A stretch of DNA of 64,000 nucleotides from Raillietiella orientalis. Its lineage: Eukaryota. A program made the position numbers and the translations under genes. This document shows, piece after piece, positions 1 to 12,880 of the stretch (the stretch's first letter is position 1; the number at the start of each line of letters is the position of its first letter). The notes under the pieces were generated by a model, which saw only the letters and a list, made by a program, of their open reading frames with translations, made no database searches and was not told where the DNA came from. The stretch lies in the NCBI GenBank assembly GCA_036172245.1, contig JAYWIR010000001.1:2232001-2296000 (forward strand). Reading direction: 5' to 3'.

Positions 1-999
1 GCTGACGAATTCAACGACCGCACACTTTGCTTGACGCACACATCTCTTTGTATTGGTCCCCTCTAATCAAAACTCGATGTAATTTGCTTTCTGATTTGGA
101 TCGGTCATTTTTGAATGCAAAAATGATCTCCTTCCGGAAAAAGAATCCACTCCAAAAATCGGTATGTTTTTTTCCTTGTTGCCGTTTCGCATTACTATAG
201 TAATTTGCTTGCTTATCGCCACATCAGTCATGTATGTGAGATGTCCAGAGTACTCGTCGACGAATTTCCATCATAACTGCCGAAGAAGGACTCGTCCTCT
301 CCCAAGCGAAAGTTTGGAACAACAACAGGAAGCATAAGGAATCCGCTGTTCTCGAAGGCACGTCAGATTCGGGAAAGCCGCTTGATGAGCTGCGTTCCTA
401 GGGTATCGGAAATATCTCGAGGAACTCGACGTTGCTCACTTTTGCTACCGGGCGAGAGCGCCCATTATAATTGCAAATTGGATGGATACATCGCACGGCT
501 TCTGGAAAGCGTTCGAGGTCTCGAAGAGTTCCTCCTCGCTTGCGAGTAGACTGATTCATTAACTCCCAGCACTTGTTCCGATAGAGGTAATTGATTGGAA
601 AAAAGGCGGAAGCGGGAACGGTCGTAGAGAAACTATGGACATCAGGGCGATATAATCTAATGATTCGTCAGATCAGCTCGGGAAACTGCTGTAAACAGGG
701 GAAAATGGCGCAGCGTTCAAGTGCTCGCGTCTTCGTAAATTCCTCCTGCTAAGACAGTGGAAAGGAGAATCGATATGGACCTTTTTTTCCGCAACCATCC
801 AAAACAGATATGCATCCAGCTTCGCGCCAGCAATCGGTGCCTCAGGGAGCGGCTAAGATCGTGGCACCAGAACAGTAAAATGGTATTGCTGATTCGATGA
901 TGCGGCGTTGTTAACTGTGTTGAATATGAAGACAATTGAGTCAGTTTTGAACCTTTCTGCAAATGAGAAGACAATCCGCAGAATGAAAGGCACGGCTCA

Positions 1000-2400
1000 T
1001 CTTACCCAAAGTCCTGTTTTCTCTCAGCATGCTACCCGGAATACTTTGCTTTGAGGCATCCCGGATAGTGTTTCTGGGAAGATTTAACAGCCCACCCGTT
1101 CCGCGTTCCTTGCTGTGTGCTAATTTTTCGCATATCGGAACGTGCGGTACCTGCCGAGATTGTGGACCGGAAATTTTATTTCAAACCCTCCCAAGCTGCT
1201 CGGGATTTTCAGAAGACAAGGAGCAGCTGAGGGAACATCATTCGTGCTGATTCCTAATCTTGCAAACTCAGGAGCCATTCTTGATTTACCGTGAACATCA
1301 GAAGTCATAAAGCTCTTTCCTGAGTTGTTGGAAGGCTTTGTTAATGAAGACAGAAAACTTTGGATCAAGTATGCTTTTCATATTGATGACGCGACCTCCT
1401 TTGCGCGTCCGTTGCATTCAGCTCTTTCCGTTCCATGCTGGTGTGAACAAGAAGCATTCTTTCTGTGCGTGCAAAACTCTCAGAAGGTAGAAGGCGGAAG
1501 CATTCTTTCCAGACTTTCCCTCGATCGGCTGCGAAAATTAACAGGTCTCTTGCGCTCCTGAGTAAGTAGGTCGAGTCTGTGATCTTCAACACGCTTCACC
1601 TTCCCGGGCAGCTGTGACGTTTTGAAATCCGAGAGAGCTCAGACTCCAGGACGCGCGTCTGAGAAGCTGCTGCTACTCGATGGTTTCACTTTCAACTTGA
1701 AATAATATGAAAGGAATCCGTTTTTCCTTTCTTCACTCTCGCCCCAAGTCTCGTCCTTGTCCGCATCTCAGTCAGCAAAACTACCGGGCTTTTCTGCAGT
1801 TCCTCTAAGACGACAGGTGCGGAATGCTCTTCAAGATTCTCGGAGCTGCAATTATGGATTTTTTTTTCTTTGTGGAAGGATTTCCAAATATCGAAGGAAA
1901 CTCTTGGGAACTGCCAAAGTGTTGATGCCAAGCAGTATCCATGGAAATGTTGCTTTCCCCCAAGATGAGTGCAGACTGTGTTAGAGGTAGCTGCAATTGG
2001 GAAAAGCTCTAAACGATTGGATTCTTCTTTACGAAGAACACCGCGATTCTGAGACTGGGAAGCTGCATTATCCCGCTATGATCATCTGCCTATCCAATTG
2101 TCTTCTTGAACAAAGACTGCAAGATTTGGCATCTTTTTCCTTTAGACATCTACCATTAGGCTGCCTTCCCAGTTGTTGCAATGAAAACACCAGTAGATGG
2201 AGGCAGATGATCTTCAATCTCCCATCTTGTATCTCCACCCTGGTTATTCCGCACGGGTGCCCATTGCTAATCCAACAAAGAGAGCAAGGAGCAAATCCAT
2301 CTGGAATGCATGAATCGATTCTTCCAGCATCCGAGTACAGACTGGGGCAAAGGGAGCGCTCCGCAGATTTGCCCGTTGCTAACAAACCAAAGACAGCATT
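1000..2400 (-). mobile_element. Degenerate L1-like ORF2 (APE, linker and RT start)
   Basis: DGRLKII, MIIAG (GDFN-like), ETWGESEE..SYYF linker and an INKAF-like RT motif. Many stops. Confidence 0.4.
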
Positions 2401-3479
2401 TTCCTTCCTTCCAGATCCCGCCAGCAGACATTGAAAGATGACGATTCGATGGTGAGCTTTCGGATTTCCTTGCAGGATCGCAAAGGTGCTCGGATTTCAA
2501 GCATCGAAGAAAGCCTTCTTTTTAGTGAGATGGTGCGGTGACCTCAGCATACTGACAGTAGTGCTCAAAGGAAACTGTCCCCTCAGGAGAGAAGAACTCT
2601 AGCGGTGCGACTCGAAGCTAACATCTCCCTGCTTTCCACTTTTCGAGCAGATGCTTTCACTGATGTTAATGATACCTGCTTCTCAACTTGCCAACTTTTT
2701 TTTGACTATAAAGACATGTACCTTAAGTGGTGCGCCTCCCGTTCAAGTGGTTTGGAGTGAAGCGGCTCCGCCTTTTTTCCCCAAGGCTTCCCCATCTGTG
2801 CCCAAGGGCTGCTTAGCGACGTGCAACCGGCCGCAGAACACGGCACTTCCTCAGTGCAGGTCGCAGGTGACTGAAACTGGTTTGTGCTCCGCGTCTTTGC
2901 TCGCGGCCCGAATGGAATAGCTGATGAGGAAGCTACGGCTGCTGCTTTCTCAGCATTTCTGACCGTCCTCGAATGGTCAAACAGCGCCTCGTGTCCTTTG
3001 CTATTCGTTTGAGCCTTGAGGAATGAATCATCTGGGAAACATGTCACCCGACTCCTGCCATTTCCATCTTTCCGTTACTTCCATCACCTCTGTCTTCGGC
3101 GGGAACCTCCATCTTGCTTGGATTGGTCCTTCCTCTGCCAATATCTTAACGATGTCTTGAAGATTCAGGCAGCTTCCAGTACTGCTTTGCTTCCAGCTTG
3201 TTGATCCTCATCGTATGCTCCAGCAAGCATTCGGGTTCAAGGACTCTCAATCTTAGCGGCACTGGTAGATTCCCAGTACTAGCTAGGACAAGAATAATCG
3301 ACTGGAATGAACAGTCAGTGCAAGAGTTGGGGAGTCCGAAGGAAGCAGGCAAAAGATCACCTGAGTGCTGTTTTTTTCTTATTCGTAAATAAAGAGAGTT
3401 GGCTGGGACTCGAACTAATAGACCTGTAATGGGATGGGATCGTTTCGCGGGCTGATATCAGCAGAACGGCGGAGCAGCT

Positions 3480-3900
3480 TGTGAGCTTTCGGAATGTCTC
3501 GTGCGCGCGCTCCTGCAACGCAGACGAGCTGCAATTCTGTGGAGCATCGGCACGATCTGCACTGCTATTCCGAGTGAAGGGGGTGCTCCCATAAGATGCC
3601 CTAGGTCAACCCGTCTCCAGCGGGTGTTCGACCGGCTGTCTTCATTGCTCCTCGCGGCAGACTGCTGGCCAACACAAGGCGTTTTCCGAGCCGCGCGCGT
3701 CGCGTGGCAACGAGCCGGAAAGAGTCATCGACGGTGGCAACCGTCGCAGCATAACTTACTGATTGTAAAGGTGCTCTTGCTCTTCGCTGGCAGCAGAACA
3801 GGAGCGAGAGATGAGCCAGCGATGAGGTGGGGAATTTCTCGCTGCTCATGCTGTTGGACTGGGAAATTCTGAGCAGGAAGCAAAGAAGTGCGGCGTTGGT
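3480..3900 (+). mobile_element. L1-like RT N-terminal remnant
   Basis: TAIPSEG..R..RL...LSSLLLA....Q...HNLLI matches the pattern LIPK..RPI.L...LA.RL..Q.AF..NL. Confidence 0.45.
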
Positions 3901-4399
3901 AACGTCACTTGAGAAGAGGATCGGTTAGTAATTCGAAATAAGAATGATGGCGTCGTTCATCACTCGGGAAGACTGCTGCACCCAAAATAACAAATCGATG
4001 TTTTGGAAAAAAATAAATGTGATTCAGATGAAGCTAAAGATGAGAAGAACATTCAGGAAACGCCACTGGCAGTTGGGAAGACACAGAATTGCAAATCTGG
4101 GTTTAGAAGCTTTCATACCAACACTTGAAGGAAATCCAAGATGAAATGGGAAAACCCAAGATGCATTTCGGTGAAAATACGCGGTAGTACTCAAGGTTCA
4201 AGGGGACAACTTGCTCAGCTACTTCACCAAAGAATACGCAAGAGATTCCAATGAGGTGCAGAAACAAAGGAACGCGAGATCATTTGGAAACTCCATGAAT
4301 GAGGAAAAATGGCTGACAGTCAATTGATTCTGGGGATGGGTAAAAAGAGAAGGGATCAGTGAATCTTAATTTCTATGCCGTTGAGTCGCGTTTCTCAAA

Positions 4400-5000
4400 A
4401 AGTCCTGCAGGTCATTTAACAGGAACTCCGCGCGCAGAGACCGTACATTCCGACTGCTCCGTCCACCGTTTCCCGGCAACAAACTCAGGAACGAAGCCGC
4501 CGGTAAAACACAAGCCCCCGCGTTTTTCAAAGAGGTCCTTTTGGAACCATGATAGTCGAAGAACTTTCCACAAAGTATTGACTGCCTTGTCCGATTGCAA
4601 GGCAGACCCTTCTCCACACTTTACGCTCCGCGCGCCCAAATGCCAACGTCGAATATGATAAAAGAAACGACCTGCCATTAGCATGAGAATGAGGAGCTGA
4701 AAAACCAGCGTTGCTCGGGATTCCTTGAGACGGAAAGGGTGAGAGATGAAAAGTTTCCACGCCCGTTCCGACTGCCTCTTCCTTGTAATCTCTGGACCGT
4801 TTCATTTTAAAGTGGGCAAATTCCGTGAAAATTGCCTCCTCTTCGGGAAAGATTAACGCCACTGTTAATTTCACTGGCACCTGCGCAGCCTCACATAAAA
4901 ATCGGATAAAAGAACCAGGAAAGAGAGTTCCAGCCGAATCCAGCAGACGGAGTTTGCACTTGAAGATCGTGAAATTTCTACTTCGCAGCGTGCGAGGTAG
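4400..5000 (-). mobile_element. LINE ORF1 (gag-like) remnant
   Basis: PEEEAI..F...EEAVGTG...IPS...GRSFLLSY followed by a KCGEG..QSD knuckle. Confidence 0.45.
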
Positions 5001-7899
5001 ATAAACAGAGATGAAGAAGAAGAAAGCATCGTGGAAAACAGTTCCAAAAATCATCATCCAGCCCACTCGAACGCCCACTCTTTCGTTGTCTTCCTTCCTT
5101 GCGCGCTTTTGTGTTTTAACTCTCTCCCCATTAATTTTGGCAGCGCATAAACACCTCCAGTGCAGAAGACACTTCCTGGTGAGATGCTTTGCTTCTTCCA
5201 TGTCAGGAGACTGTCTGCTCTTTCAGGCTGCTTTGTCTCCCATGAAAATGCTGCTTTCCTGGTTAAGAAGCAGCCTAGCAAGATGCTGCGCAAGAAGTAA
5301 ATTCAGAGAAGAGATGACCGCCTTCCTTCGCTCCGACACAAAATCCAGCATCACGAAGTTCAAGTAGGTGCTCAAGATGGGATCACCACACTGCAAAGGC
5401 TCATGAGGAGGTTCGTCTTCGCCTGAGGAAACTGCCTTGAGGAATCAGCAGCCTGAGAAGATGCCAATGAGCTTTCCATTTTGAACTTCAACTAGGAAAG
5501 AAGTGGATAAAATCACTGTTGCTAAGAAGTGCGTGCTCTACTTGCTGCTCCGTGGATTACAAGAAGGTATCTTAATTTTACTTTAGAAGAGGAGAGCAGC
5601 GTGACCTGCTAATCGGCCAGAGTCCAAATGATTTGCAGCTTGAAGATGCATCACATCACGATGGACGTCTACTGCATGGCTTGGCGTGTCGTGAGGCTGT
5701 TCCTGCATCCCGTTTGTGTATGCAGCGATGCAGCGCCGTAACACGTCCTGAAATCCCGTGCGCTCCTTCTCTGTGCCAAACAGATCTTTGCGCTAAATGG
5801 GATGCATCTTTTAGAATACATGCTGACCGCATCCTTATAAATGAAAACTCCCTGGAAAGGAAATTTTTCACCACCTTTCCCGCTTCCTCTGCAAACCGTG
5901 CTGTGGTCCTGAAGGTGCATGCGGTAGGGACTGCAACCCTTCTGGTGTTTCGCCTAGAGGTCCTAGTAGTGTTGTGTGTTTTCATCTGTTTTGACTCGAA
6001 TCTCTTTCCTCATTTGATTCACCTGTTTCTAGGGAATTTTCTCTTTCCTAATCCCAACACCGCTTGCTGCAACTCAAGGTACCAGGGATCTAATACGATG
6101 GGTGAGGACACAGCTTTGGAGGTCACGTGAAAAAGCCAGTCTGCATTTTCTTTCCTTCTTTCGGATCACTTTTCTGGCTTCGTTTCTAAGCATCTGTAAG
6201 GGCTGGAGATGCTGTTTCCTTCCGCTTCAGAAACGCGAGATTCGGCTTCCACTTTATCTAGATTCTTGTCATTCTTTGGCTAGAAGATACCCGATCCCAC
6301 GGTTTCTATGTAACCCTCGTGCTGTGCCAGCAGCTTGCCACGGTTCTACACAATCACAGTTTGAGTGCAGATGGAGCACCGGTGTCCTGGAAACCCTCCT
6401 TATAACCCACATCCTCTGCATAGACAAATCTATGAACTGCAAATAGAAGATGCCCAATAAGAGATGATCATACTGCGCCTCGACTGTTGGGTAACCAGGT
6501 GGCCTCTTCCCTTGCCAATGCTCTTTTTTACCTTGAACCGTTCGAACTTTTGCCTTCTGAAGACCCAATCTCTCTTGAAACACGGTTAGGTTTGTTCCAC
6601 TTTTTTCCTATCACTCCAGGCATGGAATTCCCCAGACCTCCATCCGTCGATGTTGACTTTTCCACCGCCAAAAGCAACATCCACTGGACGAAGCACTCCG
6701 ACTGGAGAAGCGAGGTTAGCGGTTTGGAGAGACTGTCTACAGCAACCATCTGGAAAGCTAGAACGGAATGTGACACGATAACTCGGTTACAATTCCTTTC
6801 AGCTTCTGGCACGTGATGCTGCTTTGATCAAGTAGCGTTGCTATGAGCATCTCTCTTATCGAGCTGAACGATGGGAGTTTTGGAACCTCAGAGACGCGGA
6901 AAAGCTCGAATTCTTGTTTCCTTCTGTCAAGATGATCGACGAAAGGAACAAAACGCTTTTGCAATCCACTTTCCAGCGAGTTCTGTCCACAGCTAAACGA
7001 ATGCATTGACAGAATGGATCAGGGTTTAAGAGAGAGGGGAAATGATTCTCGAATTTTGGGTCGGGCTGACGAAAATATCCTCAAGAATTACACAGTCGCC
7101 TTGCGGTCACCTTCAGGTTTTTTTGAGATGATCCAAGCGCTTCGATTTTAAAAAGATGAGCAAGAAGACAAGGGACCTTCCAGCTCAAACTTCTCAATTT
7201 TCGTCGTAGGCCGATCACCTGCTGCTTGAAATCAAAGTAGGAAACCGGCACGTTCCCCCTCTTTCGCCACCACGGAGCAAAGCAGGATCTTTGGAGCAAT
7301 TTCAGCATTTTCTTTTCGAGATGCACTTTAATGTTTACTTCTCTGTCCTTTTTCTTTCTGCTGGCGATCTTCAAGCACGGTTCCTTGGTGATTTATAAAC
7401 AGAGACTGTAAATGCAGCAGGTTTACCGATTCGGAGCAACTGAAGGCATTCATTCTGTACGCTGCTACCGTTAGTTTGAATCAGATGTGTTTGAAGCGTT
7501 TGTTTCAAAACCTTCTACGGGAACCAAAGGGTATCAGCAACCGGAAGACACACTCTCGGTGAAGCAATGACACAAGAAAAGCATTTCATGCCATTAAAGA
7601 CGGGGATGTACAACATGCAGTGAGCGCTAACAGATTCTTGAGAAGGGCTCCATTTTTGAAAGAAGATTGTCAGCTGCCTGATCTTTGAAAGGAGTCTAAT
7701 CAGATCGAGATCTGGCCCGAAAAAGCTGGATGTTGAGTATGAGAATCAAGCAACTTCAAGTGTTAATGTCGCACAGATTTTTCGAAAGCAAGAACTCTGC
7801 AAGCTGGAGAGACGAAAACCGAGTTGAGGAACGACCAACACGAAGGACAGCGGAAATACTGAATCTGTGCTCATTGCACCTCGTAGTGTACAAAGAAAG

Positions 7900-9020
7900 A
7901 AAGGCCCGCAACTTTACAAATCATCTTCAGAGCTGTAGAGGGCATCTGCATTTTGCCACCGAGCAACTTCCATCCTGGAGCCAATTTCGGCACCGAAGCT
8001 TCCGCACGTACGGGTCAAAGGGGGCTCGCAGAGCCGAAGTCTTCCTTCGCGGTGCTCCTCACGAGTGAAAACCGAGCTTGCAAGGAGCGAATGCTCTTCC
8101 AAAAGTCCGAGAGTGCCTCTTCGAAACCGACGTGCCGTCTAGGCTGCGTATGACGGCAACGCGTCTTGCTTCACACCAGGCAGCAACGTCGAGAGCCGTC
8201 GAACGTCAAACAAAATGGCCGCTTCCTCTTCCGGAAATACCGACAATCAGTCTCCCCCTTCCTTTTCTTCTTCGGAGAACGCAAAGCTTTCCCATTCACC
8301 AGAGCGTGCTTTCCTCACCACGCTTTCTGATCGTGTCGGACTGCTCCTCCGCCTTCGTCAGTTCATTCGTTGCTGACCTTTGTCCCTCCGGCCAGCAACG
8401 CTTGCCTCAGCAGCATCCCTGCAAAAAGGAGATGCTTGATGGCACAAGTCCAGGATTGCAGCGCTCGTTCCTTCCTCGTTCTCGAGGCGGACTCGGAAAC
8501 ATGGCGGCAGCTGCGGCAACAGCGAGTTGAGAAGGAAGTCCACGCTGGGTGCGTTGGCGCGGTGGAGTCGGAACGTCTGCTGATCGAGCCGTGGATTTCC
8601 CGGCCACCATCTTCCACCACAGCCTGCCCATTTTCTGATCTGAGCCCCTGCAAGCTGGTTCGCGCATCTTTGACGAAGTGTCCTTGAGGCAGGATACGGC
8701 ATCGCTTCCTTCCTGCTGGAGAGAAGAAGTCGGCGTTCCCTGCGACTAGGCTCTCGCTGCAGCCGGCTAGGTGAAAACAGGGGAGAATTCTCGGCGATTT
8801 TCGTTTCGAAGAGCAGGGACCAGTGGTGCTCTCACTTGAAGAGATGTCTTCGGCCAGGGAAGTGGTCGGAGTGTAGTAAAGAACGCAAAGAGGTCACGAT
8901 GGAAGTCCTGGATTGCTTGGAGGATACTTCGCCGATAGCCAATCGCTGGCATTAGGCGTCGCCAATATCTGAGAAGCAGAGGTCTCCAGAGCTCCAATGA
9001 TATCGATGCGGTGCAAGGTG
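7900..9020 (-). mobile_element. L1-like linker + RT remnant
   Basis: QDFHRDLF, GNP..QTFR...VDF, DQKAW (KAFD-like) and GSFGAEI motifs in order. Confidence 0.45.
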
Positions 9021-12000
9021 CCATACTTTGGTTTGAAATACTCAGGAAAAACTCTCCACAGCAACGTGGAAGTGGTTTTGATACTTCTTACTGGGAGCTA
9101 GAGCGTAATTGCACTGGTACATGGAGAGGACACGCATGCATCTTAAGAGAGCAGGGTCCAAATCTTTCCTTCTCTAATAAGTGATTTTTTTCCTCAAGAG
9201 CATAAGATCATCTTGGATGAAGGGAGGCGACAATGAGATTCAATCGAAGGTCCACAATTCCGTACATCTCTTTTTTTTCCTCCTTTGAATGCGGAACCGC
9301 ATTGGTAATGCTCAGCACTCTTTTCAGTAATTGAGGTCGTTGCATCTCTCGTGGGTCCCTGCTTTAGAAAAGAGCATGATAAAAGCTTCTCTCCACAGGA
9401 GTACGCAGAATTTGGCATGGTTCAAGATTCGGCATTATTGTCATCCCTACCATTTTTGTCATCATCTGATTTCGTTCTGTTCCTGGAAGACATGCTGTCA
9501 TTTTATGGAACACTTGTTCTGCTCAGCCGACCTCCCCGCTCGAAAGAATGGTTTTCCCTGCTCAAGTTCAAATTTTTATGGATTCTTGTAAACCATGGAT
9601 GATTGCTCGTCCTGCCGACTGTTCCCACTTTTTGTAGGGAATCATTTTTTGAGTGATTTCGGATTTCCAGCTGCGTCGGGTGTTTTCGTTCCCGACATCT
9701 CCCTCCATCTTTCCACATGACGCGATTAGCTGTTTGGAGACGAGTTGGTCGTGAGCAGGAACCGTCCTTACGTGCCGCACAAAGTACTTCTTCGCGAGAT
9801 TGGCAATAATGTTGCAGTTTGAAGTGTCCATTACTCCCGATGGCGTCCTAAGATCCCCGAATGAAATCAAAGGGATATTTCAACGCCAAAGGCTTGGCGT
9901 TTCTTTCGAAGAAGTCGAGAGAGCAGTTCGAACGAAGTCGCGCCAGTGCTTTAACGGGAGCTGGCGGGAACGCCACCTGGCGCACGCCATCCGCGGAACT
10001 CGAAAAAAAAAAAAGAAATAGGCGACCCACACGACGCTCTTCGCTTTTCGTGTTTCGTGCGAATAACTGCTGAGGTGATTTTTCGCCAGCATCCCGCACG
10101 ATCTGCAGTTGCAGTTGACACACACGGGATGCACGGATACGTGTACCCTCCAGACGATAGAGATTGGCATCTTCTTTTCTTTGGTACGCAGCGCAAAAAA
10201 AAGCAGAGCTGGGAAGGTCATCCATCATGCTGGCTCCCCCTTCGCGCCAAATCCCGGCACCTGAGGACAATCAGAGGAGGGAGACGAGACTTTTTCAAAA
10301 TGCCGGTTCTTCCCAGAGATGCCGGGTTGCCGTGCAGTCCTCGAAGCTTCTCGCTGCTCATGACTGGAACAAAGTGGGATTCGTCCGATATTGCATTCCT
10401 CCTTCGGGAAGTCGTCGATATCGGGGAAAGTCAATCTCGCAGCGGATTCGGATCCACCAGAAGGGAAAACCAACGAAGCTGCAAGAAGTGGAAGCAGGAA
10501 GTCCTTCGAATGATTCCAACCTGGATTCCATTTTTCAGCAGAACGATGACTCCCGAGAACTTTTTTTTTTTTTTTTTGGAGCGCGCGCCATTCTCAAGAA
10601 TCCTGCGCGCTGGAAGATCGTTTATCTAAATTTTCATCTGAAATGACAGTCAGAGGAACACTCTGAAAAATCATAATGTCACATGAAGAATATGTGGTGT
10701 GATGGTCGGACAAACGAAGGGAACTTGCCTGGAGGCAGCCCGAGATGAAATCTGATGAGGCTTTTACCATCGGCCGAAGATCAGGGATGGAAACGAATCT
10801 CCCGGACGGATATGTTTTGGAGGAAGGAAGTTGCTGTTATCTGCGTTGCAATGACGTTTCCAACAAACGGATGCAGACGCTTTTGGAACGAGACGCAGAT
10901 GATTGTCTGCATCTCGTTCCATGGATCTGATCCAATTCTGCTTCCTAAGCTGCGTTCAACGAATCCTGTGCAGTGGCCTAGATTTGGCACACATTCTCGG
11001 ACGTGCCATCTGGGGGATTGAAGTGTGAGGGTGGGGTGGAACCACGAACAACTGAGGTGTTTTCGAGGGCTCGAATCATGACCGTGATGCTCCCGGAATA
11101 AGGAAAATGATGCATGGCAATAGAGAGATGGGAATTATTCCTGATCAAGTTAGCCGAATGATCAAAATAAATCATTGCCGACAAAAAGTAATGAGTAATG
11201 GAATGAGATCACTGATGATTCTAGGTTGATGATTACTCTGATGGATGTGGAGTGTAATGACGGGTGGATGGCAAGGGTTCAGAAAGATCTACATTGACGT
11301 GAAGCCGCTAATTGAATAACTAAGTGCTTTATTCAGGAATGAGTGGTGTAAAAGGAAGTTAGGGAAGAGATGATGAAGAGCAACGAGATTAAATTTCTCG
11401 CATACATAATTCGTTCATAAAAGAGATGCCTTTGCAGCTTCGCTTTGCTTGGAAATGCTTAATGTCGCTGCAGCTTTTTGGCTGAAGTTGATATGAGCGT
11501 TCTCTGAATTTCATCGCTCCTGTCTTAAGCACTGTTGCATATCCAAGGATGTTTCTTACACTAGAAGGAGGGCTTAAGAATTTCTGCTTGTTGGTATGCA
11601 TCAGATGTATCCGTTGCACACAAAAAAAAAAACGCACACTTCGCGTCATCTCACAAGGTAAATCACGCATCCACAACGTGGTAGCTTGCTACGAATTCTC
11701 ATACTATCCGGGAAGAGGATCAAATCCTTGCAGTTGTAGTGCCTCCGAATGTATAAAATCTTCTCAAAGCACCCCCTCCTTCCAAAAAAAAAAATGCCTT
11801 TCCAGCGAAAAGCAGCCGTCTCTTTTCTTTATTTGGTAGATAGTGTTTTAAATGGTCTTTTGCCCACTTTTCTTGACAGAGTTGAGCACCAAAAATGATT
11901 TTAAAGCCGTTCTTGTAATTTGTCTCGATTCTTCTTGTTGCTCGGAATCATTTTTTCCATCGATGGCAGCCTTCATAAGTTCAGTTTCATCGAGGACAGC

Positions 12001-12039
12001 ATCCTCGCTCCTTATCAGGAAAGGACACGAAACTCACAG

Positions 12040-12880
12040 GATTGGATGTGAATCCGGGCACTGCGCTTTCCATCCACCCAAAAGACTGCGACGCTGGGGA
12101 AAGCTTCCAGGGATCCGGAGGAGGTGAAGTGGACCCCAGCATGTTGGCGCAGTGCAACACTTTCCCTAAAGTGTCAGGAGTCGGTGATCCTGCTGTTTCA
12201 TTCGGGCTTCCCGTGCAACGCCCGCCGGCACCACTGGACCCGGGGGAGTGCGAGTCCGAAGTGCAGCAGGTACGGAGAAAGAGAATCCCTCCTGCATCTG
12301 CTGATAGATTGTGTTGCCCTCCGTCCCCCTGTGGGACGGAGGGCAACACAATCCGTGGGGACGCGACAAAGGGTCCCTGCGGATCTCCAAGGGCAATCCC
12401 AGAGACGTTCTGAAGCGCCTGAAGTTCCTGCACGACGCCCTCATGCCGACCGCATCCCTAGCAGACCTTGCTGCCTACGCGGGATCGTGACTGCATGGGG
12501 CAACGCCAGAAGAGGCTATAACGATAGGGACGCTATCTATTTTCCAGCCCTCTTGCGGACAGCGTCAAAACGGCCCCATCTGGGAATCTTGAAACAGGAA
12601 CTTGCCGGCGTCCTGCAAAGGTTGCAGAGGAAGCTCTTTAGCAGACAGTGATCTTTTCCCAAACCTTCCCAATTTTTTTGTATTTATGATTTTTTGTTTT
12701 ATTTTTATTTTGTTTCTCCCCCCTTCCTCCCCTTTGCTGCCGGGACGAAACTCGCCGGTCTGCGTGCCGGTTCTCGGCAGGTTCCTCTTATATTTGTAGC
12801 GTGACAGGACCAAGTTTCCTGCCACTGACATCTATGTTGATTCTATATAAATAAATGCTTCGGGGTAATAGGGTGTCAAC
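12040..12880 (+). mobile_element. L1/Tx1-like LINE 3' end (same family as 44670-47860)
   Basis: FHSGFPCNARRHHWTRG..PKCSR.GERESLLHLLIDC zf-RVT-like knuckle, ...RPHLG...ELAGVLQR, T-rich UTR, AATAAA at 12850. Confidence 0.8.

Noticed and set aside
3634..3690. HDV-like ribozyme pattern (GGCTGTC...TGC-TCCTCGCG-GCA-GACTGCT-GG)
   Set aside because: P1 has a mismatch, there is no J4/2 catalytic C motif or P2 partner strand, and the stretch lies inside a recognisable L1-like RT coding remnant.
10752..10780. Hammerhead-like CTGATGA-GGC...GCC-GAAG
   Set aside because: GAAG replaces the required GAAA, and no stems I/III can be formed.
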